From: Lama glama
Lineage: Eukaryota
DNA: 64,000 bases
Direction of reading: 5' to 3'
Assembly: GCA_028534125.1 (NCBI GenBank)
Contig: CM052817.1
Location: 21,888,001 to 21,952,000 of the forward strand
A program made the translations under genes and the position numbers. The notes beneath the pieces are model-generated. The model ran no database searches, had not been told where the DNA came from, and saw only the letters and a program-made list of their open reading frames with translations. Shown here one piece after another: positions 52,544 to 64,000 of this stretch (position 1 is its first letter; every line of letters starts with the position of its first letter).

Positions 52544-53014
52544 ACTTGGAGTTTTTTGAGTTTCTGAGAACAATTATTGAAAAGTTTTCATTGTAAACAC
52601 TTATGATAAATTTTTGGCCATTGCATAGTCAAGTTTTTTCTGCTCCAGTCTCTTAAATTATTCTGAGTCCAATTACCTCTACAATTAGATTGATTGATAT
52701 TCCACTACAACAGTGATTCTTTTTAAATGTTTTTGTCTTTTGCTTCTTTATATGCTACATTTTAAAGGGTCTATTTTTCTATTTTCAAATATACTATCAT
52801 TTTATGCTAGTACAGCCATCCAGTGAATTTTTAAACTTCAGATATCATGCCTTTATTTCTAGAATACATGTTATTATGGTTGCAATGTTTTTTTCCCAAG
52901 ATTCTTCAAATATTTACTCATTATGTCAACCTTTTTATGTAAATATGTATTATTAATTTTCTATTATAGTATAACAAATTATTGAAAATTTAACAACTTA
53001 AAATAACACACACA

Positions 53015-53212
53015 AAACCAAACTACAGAGAGCATAAAAAGATCAGTGGTTGTCATGATTTGGGGGGAGGGGCTGAATAGGCAAAGCACAGAGGATCTTT
53101 AGAGGAGTAGAACTATTCTATATAATACTATAATGATGGATACAGGACATTGCACATTTGTCCAAACCCACAGAATGAACAACACCAAGAGTAAACTGTA
53201 ATGTGAACTTTG
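53015..53212 (+). mobile_element. L1MC-like 3' UTR fragment
   Basis: aaaagatcagtggttg...gaataggcaaagcacagaggat...catttgtccaaacccacagaatg. Confidence 0.75.
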
Positions 53213-54439
53213 TTTCTTGAAAAGCAGATAAGGGTCACTCTTTGGTCTATTGCATTGCCATTTTCTCTCTCTCGTATTTCATTTTGTCTTTGAGAAAAGA
53301 GAGAACAAGGAATATGTTGAGCTAAAGTTACAATATCAGGTGCCAATATGAGAAGTTTCTTGTCTTTATTTCTAATGTTTGTGTATTTCATTATCAACTC
53401 TAAGGATTATTCTTTCCTCACTAGAGTATTTCCCAGATGTTCCCAGATACTTCAGTTCAGTATCTCCTTTAAGAAGTTTACTTTTATTTGAGAAAAAGAA
53501 TATATTTTAATATGTATTTATTTTCTAGAAACACATTTTGATCTTTTACCAAATCTTTATTGTTCAGAGTAATGGGCAAATGCCTCAGGTAAAATTACCT
53601 TAAAACAATAGAAATGGGACTATGAAATCAAACTATTAAATAGTAAAGTGTAATATGAAAGAAATAGGAAACATAGTTTTTCTAATTAGACAAGTATTAT
53701 TGAGAACAATATTCTAAATAAAAACTTAAAAATGCCTTACCTTTTCAATTCTCATATTTCCTATCTTTATGATTTAAGATGGTTACTAGAACCTCCCAAA
53801 TATCATTCACCACCCCAAAGTCAAAATGTGAACTCAGAGAAAATGAAGGTCAAAGATTCTGTATGAGGACACAAATTAACCAGTAAGTCCATATTTGAAG
53901 AACAATTTAGTATAATTCAACTAAGTGCATACTTATATAAGAAGTGATATGACTAAATTTGAGTGAATGCCAAGAACACATCAGGTTTTTTAGAAAACAC
54001 TTGTAACTTGACATTGTTACCTCAGTTTCTTAGGTGAGGAGGCTGGCTGGGGTCATATAATTTTTCAGTGTCAGAGTCACCTTTTTTAAGAAAAAGGAGC
54101 CAAAATATGAAACAAAATTTTCCTGAAATCTCTACCCTTTTCTTTATAAGATGTTACTTCCTGCAAGAAAAAAACTAAAACATTGTGATCATTTATTCTC
54201 TAAGCTATTGGTTCTTAGTTTAGTTTGGTGAATGGGATCCTCTTGGTTAAACCTTTAGATCATTATCACACACACAAAAAATGCATCAAAATAATCCCAC
54301 AGACTGTTGGATACAATTTCAGTGGGTTCCCAAAGTCATCTGAGCCCCACGTTCTAGGAAAAAAACATAAAAATATGTCTCATAAGTTCTCAAATACACT
54401 GATCATACTTTTTAATGTAAAAACAGGGGCATAACTAAG

Positions 54440-54703
54440 TCATGAAAAGACATGGAGGATATACCATTATATATTTGTCTAAACTCATAAAATGTACACT
54501 GCTAAGAATGAACCCTAATGTGCACTGTGGACTTTGGGTGATAATGTGTGACAATGTAGGTTCATCAGTTGTAACAAATGGACCACTCTGGTGTAGAATG
54601 TTGATAGAGAGGCTGTATGTGTGAAGGCAAAGGGTATATGGGAGCTCTCTGTACTTTCCATTCCATTCTGCTGTGAATCTAAAAAATAAAGCCTATTAAA
54701 AAA
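54440..54703 (+). mobile_element. L1MC1/2-like 3' end
   Basis: gaaccctaatgtgcactgtggactttgggtgataatg...ctgtgaatctaaaaaataaagcctattaaaaa. Confidence 0.85.
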
Positions 54704-55465
54704 TGACATACGATTTGATGCTTTAGTGGTTCATAGTCTGACAAAAGAACTGCTAATAAATTGATATGGCTTAGGGAAAAAAACAGTTTCAAAGTTTGTA
54801 TTAAATTTCTTATAGGATAATTCATGGGTAAACTCATCATGAAGGAGCTAATTCCAACAGAATTGAATTCAGATCTGTTTTAACTAAGAAAAATTAAGAG
54901 CTATGAGTATCTATTGAGGTTAAATTAGTGTAACTGTACATAAAATATGCAAATCAGCACCTTAAGCAAAGAAATTCAATATCATTAACCTGATGATTAT
55001 CATTTACTATATGTGTATCAATTATATATTAACCTGGTGATTAAGAAAAGGCTGAACATGAAGGTGACTTTTAACCAAAATGCTCATTAAGAGAAAAAGT
55101 TCAGAATCAAGATACATTTTTTTTTTAACCAAGAGAAGTTTAGAAAGGGGACAATCAGAAGAGGAGTAGTTGACAATAATAATGACTGTTTGTATATAGC
55201 TTTTAATCATCAGTAGAATTTTAGACAAAGGATCTTATTTGATCTTAGTTATCTTGTACAATATTTAAAGGTGGTATGTTTACTTTATCTATGATAAAAT
55301 GAATGGTCAAAGATACTAAATACTCTAGTCTCAAAGCTAGTAAGGCTTAGAAGTTCCCTTCTTTTACCTAGGTCTGGATCTCTTCCAATTTAGCTACAGT
55401 TTATAGAAGATAGCAAAATTTAGCATGTTAATCTAACATATTTCATAAAGCTTAAGTATACATTG

Positions 55466-55879
55466 GCTATGGGCTGAATTGTGTCCTCCCCAGATTCATA
55501 TTTTGAAGTCTCAAACCCCATTTGATTACCTTAGACTGTAATCATATTTACAGATAAGGTCCTTAAAGAGGTGGTTAAGTTAAAATGACTAAGTCAAAAT
55601 GGCTAAATAAAAATTGATGTGGAGCCTTAATCCAGTATGTCTGGTGTCCTTACAGAAGAGGGAGAGACACCAGGGATGAGCACATGTGCACCTAACAGGG
55701 GCCAAGTGAGGATACAGTGAGAAGAGGGTCATCTGCAAGCTATACAGTCCTCAGGACAAACTGACCCTGCCAACACCTTGATCTTGGACTTCCAGCCTCC
55801 AGAATTGTGAGAAAATCAATTTCTGTTGTTTAAGTCACTTTGTGGTATTTTGTCATTGCAGCCTTAACAAACTAATATA
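55466..55879 (+). mobile_element. MLT1A0/B-type MaLR solo LTR, full length
   Basis: gctatgggctgaattgtgtcc...caccttgatcttggacttccagcctccagaattgtgaga...aaactaatata; TSD cattg at 55461-55465 and 55880-55884. Confidence 0.9.
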
Positions 55880-58339
55880 CATTGAAAAATACCTATATCC
55901 TCAACTACGGTTGTAATCAGTAAAGAAGATGACCCCATCAGGGTTACATAAATTGATTAATTATTTCTCTAATTTCCAATTGTTTCTTTTATTCACTTTG
56001 TTCCAAATCACTCTACTAAAAGACCCAAGAGTTTGTTTTCTTTTTCCTAATACAAACTTCCTGATGACTCTTTAAATCATACCAGTGACTGTCTACCAAA
56101 GCACACAAAATTATAAAATTCTCCTAATGGTTTCCTAAAATCCTTTCCAGATCTAAAATTTATTATTTTTAGGTTTGGGGGGGAAATATCTGTAATTATA
56201 GAAATCATTTTTATCCCACTAGTCTATTTCAAAGGACCAGTGTAAAGATTGGTAAACGGACTGAATAGACATGGAAACAAAATTTTGTTATCATTAAGGT
56301 TCAAAACTTGACCTAGGAGACCACAATATTATTCTATTTTCTAGTTAAATAGATTTCATTATACCATGTGTGGGATTAGCAGAATAAATGTGATATGAAC
56401 TAACACAAAGAATATAGGCTTGTTTTACAAAATCACTTTTGACCAATTATTAAGAACTTTTTCCAATGAAAATAAATCTCAGTGAAGTTAACAACTCAAA
56501 GCAACGAATCAGTCTTACAAAATTTGTGAATTAGGCACAAATCAATCATCTGCTTAAACAGTAGGTTTTTAGACACAGTTGTAAGTGCTTCCATATACTA
56601 TAATGACTAAATGTGTTCCCCTTGCTGGTGGTTTTGATATAAAATTAATCATTAGCTAACATTTAGACATGTGCTGTGTACAGAGCACTAAATTAGACAA
56701 CCTATCTACTGTAAGTATGTAGATTGACAAACAATTACTATTTTATTAACTGAAAGGAAAAAGTTCCTATAAATAAGTTCTTGTTCCAGCTAATTGCATT
56801 CACTGAGTATTTAATTATCAACTCCAAATTAAGGATCTACCTCTTCATTTCTGAAAACTGGCTCCAATAACTGAAATGGTCTATGGACAGATTTTCTAAA
56901 TTTTTTTACGCAAGTTACTGTACAGTTATTTATCTATGCCTATGTATATATCTACTTTGATTTTGGAAGCCTACGCTTTGAAAATGCACAGCAAAAAGAA
57001 TAAACCTGGTAAGATATAAATAGGCATTAAATAGAGTATTAAGTGCCACAGTTGTCTAGGTTGAACAGTTTAACCACCTTTAGCCTGACTGGCTCTCAGA
57101 AGATAAAGTCTTGAATTCAGAGAGGACAGCGTAACTGGTTTTTCCAGAGTGGAGCTGTATTACTAGCAGAAGCAATGTTGTCCCCATAGGGATGGTGGTG
57201 ATTAGTTCATCTAAAGAAGGGACTTGGTTGTCAAGATTGATAAATTAGGAAGAATGAGACCTGATAAAATGAGGGACCAGGAGGTACTGACCTAAACGCA
57301 GCTGAAAGAAAAAAAAAATACATATGCAGTGTGGATTTGCTCTTTGTATAAAATGCCCTGGAGACATTAGAGGGTATCTAGATATAGAAAGTTTTAGATT
57401 CACACAATTTTCTAGCTGGAAAATATCATCAAAATCCTACAGCTGTTCTCTCATTTTTTATTTGAGAACACTGAGGCTCAAAGCAAAAGAGGCTGCCTTG
57501 GGGCCCAAACTCAGATACCTTACCTCCTATTTCTGAGTTTCGGAGACAAAGACAATCTGATGTGTGAGTTTTAAAGTAGTATGTAAATGTTAGGTGTCAA
57601 TAATAATAACTGGTTTGGAGTACTTGTTATTTCTTATAGTCAAATCCTTTATTAGCAACATAGAGCCTCTATATAACTTGAACCTCAGTTAGCCACTGTA
57701 TGATATGATGTACTATGTGCCTTTCGTGGTATTGTTTCTCATTTTTCCATGTGATTAAATTGCTTCGTACTTTGATGAAATGAAAAGAAAAAATCTGGGA
57801 CTCCGATGAACATAAAATTCATAGTAAGAAAATCTATCAGGCATAATTATATAATTTGTGTTCCTATCTAAAGGGAAAAATATAACTTCTCTGTTTCTAT
57901 GTAGATGATGGAACTGGTATTGTACTGGAACTGGAGCAAGAGGAAAATATCAGAAAATAATATACGTATATTGTCTGCCTCTTGGGGAGAATGAGGTTTT
58001 AAGTAGACGAGCATTTAGTTATGCTTATCTATCAACTTCTTTGAGAAAGTTGCTGTGTATTGTCCACAACAGCATAACATGTCATGGAGGTATATTGTGG
58101 GCAAGTAAACTGTTGCAGCATTCATTATGAATTTAGTAAAGATTTATTAAGGACTTTATGTGTCAGACACTGATAAACAATAAAAGTACAAAGATGAGTT
58201 CTTATAAGGCAGGTAATACAAAGCAAAACATAATTACAATTTAATATGATGAGCCCTAAAATTCAAACATAAAATAGTAATTTAACCTCTAGGATTTGTA
58301 GAGTTTTGTTTTTTTTTTTTTTTTTGAATGAGTAGCTTT

Positions 58340-58522
58340 CCCTAGATCAGCATCCAGATAAGGAAGTCAGCTGACATCTTGGTTTCAGCGTGGTGAGACC
58401 CTGAGCAGAGGATCCAGAGTAAATGTGTTAAAACTCATGACCACAGAAATTGTGAGATAATAAATTTGTATTACTTTAAACTGATGAATTTGTAGCACTT
58501 TGCTACTCAGCAATGAAACACA
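58340..58522 (+). mobile_element. MLT1D/E-like LTR 3' fragment
   Basis: gctgacatcttggtttcagcgtggtgagaccctgagcagag...aattgtgagataataaatttgt. Confidence 0.75.
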
Positions 58523-59615
58523 TGAAGGAGACTTCTTAATATTACATATTTTTCAAATATTTGGGTGAATTTCAAAACCCTTATTGGGTTCTTGAGGAAA
58601 ATCATGTAGGCATGCTCATCCATGGATGCTGTTTTCTTACCAACCAGACTAGATCATCTTGTCAGGATGTTTTAAGGGGATATACACTTAAAACCCATCT
58701 GTTCAGTAGCTATGAGGCAGGATTTCCAGCTGACACATTTGATTGCTCTCATGTGGATGACTCAAGATTAGAAAAGGAGAATTGCCACACTTGGTTTATT
58801 ACTTGGAATTAAGAGATTAGGTTTGGTTTCTTGGAGTTCCCAAATTGTAATGGAGATTGAATTCTCTTCAAGCTCTTCAATTAAAATAATAATATAAATA
58901 AAATGATAGCAATGCAAAATAAAAGAAGGGGGAATAATTAAGAAAGGCAGTAGAAAATGACATCTCTACCTCAAGAGTGGGAATCATGTTGATGACAGCT
59001 GGAGCTGAAATGAGACCCACAACCTGGAATTAATTTGAAATCAGTATTTGTGTCTCACGTATATAGAAATACTTCTATTTTCAAAGCTCTTAGGCACCCT
59101 CAATGATATTTTTCTATATAGCAGATATTAAAAATTGCTTAACATATGGCTTTTGCCAAGAAGAATTGCTTTCTAAATCTAGAACTGTTTTTGCAGAGGA
59201 AAGGCTATTTCAAAGAGATATTTTTCCTCTTCTAAACAGAAGACACTTTAAATAATAGTATTTTCTGTGATATACACAGGGTGAAAAATCTCCCTTCCTA
59301 TAAAATAGTTATTACGAAGTATTGGCATTTCCCCTTACATGCACGTGCTGATGAGCACAGGTATATAGAAGAAGCCATATGGTCACACTTTCTAATTCAT
59401 CTTTTTCATTAAGGATAAATTAAATTTTACTACAGAGCTTCAATAAAGTCACCTTTTTCATACTTACATTATTCTCTGTTTCATCAATATTTCAAAAACA
59501 ATGCCAAGACTATTTTCTGTTTCATAGTAAACAGGTAATGAAATTTAAATCAATAAGCACTTTAGTCCGAACATATGCCACTTGGGATTAGGGAGAAATA
59601 TAGCATGAATTAGCA

Positions 59616-60115
59616 NNNNNNNNNNNNNNNNNNNNNNNNNNNNNNNNNNNNNNNNNNNNNNNNNNNNNNNNNNNNNNNNNNNNNNNNNNNNNNNNNNNNN
59701 NNNNNNNNNNNNNNNNNNNNNNNNNNNNNNNNNNNNNNNNNNNNNNNNNNNNNNNNNNNNNNNNNNNNNNNNNNNNNNNNNNNNNNNNNNNNNNNNNNNN
59801 NNNNNNNNNNNNNNNNNNNNNNNNNNNNNNNNNNNNNNNNNNNNNNNNNNNNNNNNNNNNNNNNNNNNNNNNNNNNNNNNNNNNNNNNNNNNNNNNNNNN
59901 NNNNNNNNNNNNNNNNNNNNNNNNNNNNNNNNNNNNNNNNNNNNNNNNNNNNNNNNNNNNNNNNNNNNNNNNNNNNNNNNNNNNNNNNNNNNNNNNNNNN
60001 NNNNNNNNNNNNNNNNNNNNNNNNNNNNNNNNNNNNNNNNNNNNNNNNNNNNNNNNNNNNNNNNNNNNNNNNNNNNNNNNNNNNNNNNNNNNNNNNNNNN
60101 NNNNNNNNNNNNNNN
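59616..60115. other. Assembly gap (500 N)
   Basis: Run of N. Confidence 1.
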
Positions 60116-60682
60116 TCCTGCATCACCTGACAGTTTTTTCTCATACCTCTCATTCTTTGTTCAGAAGTGATAAAAGTTTCTATTTCATATTTCTATTTCA
60201 TACTAAATGTGTAGTAACTTGAGGAAGAGTAATAGCAAATTACTAGAAGGTAAGCAGAGACAGAAACTGGGAGACATAAATCCACATACATATCAAATAA
60301 ATTCTGAGCCATTAAAATTTGAAAAAAAGCAAAGAAAGGAGTCAGTGTTAGAGCACAGGAGACAAGACTTGGTAGTTACATTTTGCGTACTACTGCTTTG
60401 GATACTACTTGAAATTTGAGTAAAATTTGAAATCTGATGGCTCGTCAGTTTGAGGACTGATTACAGATCATTGATGTATTTGTAAGGCATCTCGGAAATT
60501 TTCAAATTTGAGTTTGTCAACATGAACTAAAATAACTCAGTCTGTGGCCCCCCCCAGAGCTTAGCCTGATTTGGAAAAAAATAAGACTTACTACTTCCCA
60601 TTGTACTTTCAGTCTTGTTGGTGTTTATACCTGTGAAATAGCATAAATAAAATTGTATTTTTATCTCTTTCATCTCTGTTTT

Positions 60683-60851
60683 TTCTTACAGTGCAAACTG
60701 CCTTTATTTTTTTTTAATTTTTTTAATTTTTTAACTTTTTTATTGGGTTATAGTCAGTTTACAATTTTGTGTCAATTTCCAGTGTAGAGCACAATTTTTC
60801 TGTTATACATGAACATAACATATATTCATTGTCGCATTCTTTTTCTCTGTG
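60683..60851 (-). mobile_element. Very short young LINE-1 3' end (subfamily 1) with TSD
   Basis: Matches 19548-19663; TSD ttcatctctgtttt (60669-60682) / ttcacctctgtttt (60852-60865). Confidence 0.9.
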
Positions 60852-61414
60852 TTCACCTCTGTTTTGAACGTTCCCTTTGAATTGACTTTCAGAACTAGAA
60901 TAGTGAATGCTTTACATAGGTAACAAACTGTTAAGTTCAAGTCAAAATACAAGGTGGGTTATAGAGTAGCAGTACTATCTGTACCTAACTGACATTTTTT
61001 TCACTAACTGCCCAGAAAATCAGAGTAGACAGTGAAGCCTGAATCATGGCACATGAATCCCAAATTACCCAAACTGCACCACGGGAAACATCACAGTAAA
61101 AATATCTTATTTTGCCTTGAGCTGCAGGGTCTGGCCTTAATATAACTGGTTGTTCATACACTAGATTCCAGCTTCAGCTGTGTGTCTCAGCTTCAGCTGT
61201 ATGGTGAAGATGTTGATGTTTTGGGTGGGTGCAATTTTACTAGAGATGTGAGAGGATACAATCGTGTTGTATTTCAGCAAATAGATCCTCCCTTGAGTTC
61301 ATTTTCTTTCTGGTCTCATATGGCTCAGCAATTGGTGGAGTTGTTATTCCCTTGCTGCTGATTCAGAAGCATGAAGGGAGTGTTTAGCTTCAAGGGGAGG
61401 TGTGCTCCATCTCC

Positions 61415-61880
61415 TTAAGGGAGTAGTATCCACAGAAATTGTTTGGGATTCCTTTGCGTGGGATATTCATCCAGTTTTACCCAATTATTTATTCAATAAT
61501 TTATATCAAGATGAATATTTATTTTATATGTTGGGTTATATCTCAATACTTTTTTTTTTGCTCAAATTATTCTAACTTTGGCCATTGGAAACTCTTTCAG
61601 TTGCCTCCTTTGACATACCCTCATTAATGAAAGTGGTGATTGTTCTTATTGGAGCACTCTGCCTAGCTTTCTGGCACTACAAGTTACTCCAAGTTCATCC
61701 TGTATATGCCCTACCTTCATCTCGGAATCAGTCATTTCTCCAAGGAGCCCTGGTGTATTTTCTTTGAGAATAAGGTTAGCAACCAAGATTTAGGTGTTGG
61801 GTATGATTGTTGCTACTAGGGTGTCATTGCTTCTAGGCTTTCCCAGGAAATAGAGCTTGGAAAATATATATGTACATACG
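61415..61880 (-). mobile_element. L1MC/MD-like 3' UTR fragment
   Basis: ctttggccattggaaactctttcagttg...ggaatcagtcatttctccaaggagccctgg...gctactagggtgtcattgcttctaggc. Confidence 0.8.
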
Positions 61881-62659
61881 CACTACATTTAATGTTGCAA
61901 AGCAAACGTCTCTATGTTTGACTCAGACTTCATGAGAATTGTATCTCCTAGAGTTGGGCACTGATTGCATTGTCATATCCAGCAGCCCTGATAAAGTTAA
62001 TACTAGTATGACATATATAATCAACTTGTATGAAAATAGTAGGGATGTCCCACCTATAACTAATATTGGCTTTTTATAAGCCACATTTTTAGTAAAATAT
62101 GGGCTAAAAAAAATTGAGTGGTTTACTCTAACAATCATCCAAAATCTCTCTCTCTCCCAACCTCTCACTCTCTTTTAGGAAGAGACTGTATAGTCTTCCT
62201 AAAACTTTGATTCACTTCCATTGTGATTAATGTTGACCTAATGTTAATCATTATATGAAACCATCATGATTTGTAAGGTAGTTAAAAAGCAAATATATGG
62301 AACACTTGTAATAATGTTTTTTTTGGGGGGGCATGGGTAACAGATCTGTACCATTAAACATGAAATTAAGTAGTGTTTTAAAATATAATATTCCCTGTAG
62401 CAAGTCTTAAAATTATTTCTAGCATGTTTTACATTATTCATAATGTCTTAGCACAGCATAGAAACTTTTGTCTCTTCTGAACAAAGAGTGAGAGGTAAGA
62501 GGTACGCCTGAATATAACTTATGAGTACAAAAATGATTTACATGAATGAGGGATTCTGCTTTGGGCCAAGATAGAATACCTGGAGCCAACGGAAACATTC
62601 CTCCTCCACTCCCACCAAAGAAAATAAATATGTAAAATAGTAGCCTATAAGGCATAGGG

Positions 62660-63703
62660 TGTAAATCTCAGAGACAGTGCAAAAGTTAAAATCAAATTAA
62701 ATTAAAAAGAAAAAAAAAGTCATTGCCATGACTGCCCCAACTAGCTGACTTAAGATCTTGTTTTTAGGATGTGGTGCATGGAAAAGGAAATCAATGAAAG
62801 CCTGACATATGCCCAAGTTGAGGAGATGGAGCTGAGAGTCCAGGATAACCAAGGGGGCTCAAGTTTCCAGAACAGAATACTGCGGAGGTGAGACCTGCCC
62901 TGAGAGAGAACAGAAGAGATCGGCAGAGGATCCGTCACGAGTATACGATTGAGAGTGAATCTGCGCATGCACACGGGAAACACTCCCACACTGTCACTAA
63001 CTTCTTTCCAGTGTAGGAGAATCAGCGTACACCAGAAAAGTGAACTGTCTTCAGAGAACACTCTGGTTACATTGAAGACAAGGGAGCCTGAGGGGGAGGG
63101 AGAGCGGTATCAGTCAGGATGGTCTCAATGTTTCCCTAAGCTTCAGTGAACTCCGGACGGGCCTCTTCCCGACTGCATCCTGAACTTCTTTTTTTTTGGA
63201 GCTCTAGAACAACTAGAGTTCCAGTGCTCTAGAAAACGTGCCCTTGTAAATTGTTTCTCTGCCTTTTTGAGATGTAAATTTTTATAAAACTTTCCTCCTC
63301 CCGGTTGTACAGCCCAGTGATGCCTTTCTCAAGAATCCGAGAGAGCTTGCCTTTTGAAATGTAATCAGAAAGGAAGATAGCGCCTATATTTCTCAGCCTC
63401 TGTGGGAGGGTGGGAGTCCAACTTCCATGGAAATAAATTTGCAAACGCAGATGATCTAATCACAGAGAAAAACAGTTACCAGGTCAGGAATAACTCAACA
63501 CGTTTGACACATCTCATTGACCAAACTCTCTAGTAATATCCTCCAGTACTTTTCCACTAGCTTATCCCAGTCCTTTAAAACCCTCTCCCGCCTTTTGTTT
63601 CAGTGGGATTGAGTTCAGACTGAGTTCTGGCTTCTCTCCCTTAGCCTTGAATAAAGTCTCCTTCGCCGGTTTAATTTTTTACATGCTGAATTTTACTTTG
63701 ACA
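62660..63703 (+). mobile_element. ERV1-class solo LTR (MER34/MER39-related), about 1.04 kb
   Basis: TG...CA termini (tgtaaa / tttgaca), cttttgaaatgtaatca..ggaagatagcgcc..tctgtgggagggtgggagtccaacttc motif, TATA-like tttaaaa 63574-63580, AATAAA 63650-63655; no PBS downstream. Confidence 0.8.
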
Positions 63704-64000
63704 GTGTGTTACCTGATAGTTGCAGGATGCACTGGGATTTTTATTTTCAAGCATATAATGGGCTTCTATAATTACACAGTGGAATATTTGGGAAAGTTGG
63801 AAAGCCGAGTGGATTGACTAGAGAAAGGAAGTACGAACCCATAAGAAGCTAGGATATACTGAAGGAAGGGCAACTCAAATGCTTACATTCTGTGATGTGA
63901 ATCAGAATAATAGCGACATGGGTCCCAGTAGAAGTATGTTGCCCCAGGCTTCACAATACAACAGTTCCCAGAAGAGTGTGGTAAAGGTGAAGACAAACTC

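Noticed and set aside
1..64000. CRISPR arrays, operons or another novel multi-gene system
   Set aside because: Mammalian repeat-rich non-coding DNA; no regularly spaced repeats and no non-transposon coding sequence that I can support.

Overview
AT-rich, CpG-depleted mammalian non-coding DNA (intergenic or deep intronic) from a draft assembly with four N-gaps. A tRNA-derived SINE at 28908-29056 resembles the camelid Vic-1 family, and the young L1 3' ends look camelid, so the source is probably alpaca or camel. I recognise no host protein-coding exon, RNA gene or CpG island; the only ORFs with real homology are LINE-1 ORF2 fragments. The window is a layered transposable-element record: young and old L1, L2, MIR, MaLR/ERVL LTRs (MLT1, MLT2, MER74-like), an ERV1 solo LTR and MER45/MER5-like DNA transposons. 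Family names are from recall, not a database search. I found no evidence for a new biological system. The best sequence-supported oddities are structural: (1) a ~530-bp inversion splitting an MLT2B LTR, supported by an inverted target-site duplication; (2) an L1 whose endonuclease N-terminus is joined directly to the ORF2 C-terminus; (3) a twin-priming 5'-inverted L1; (4) a short L1 3' transduction.
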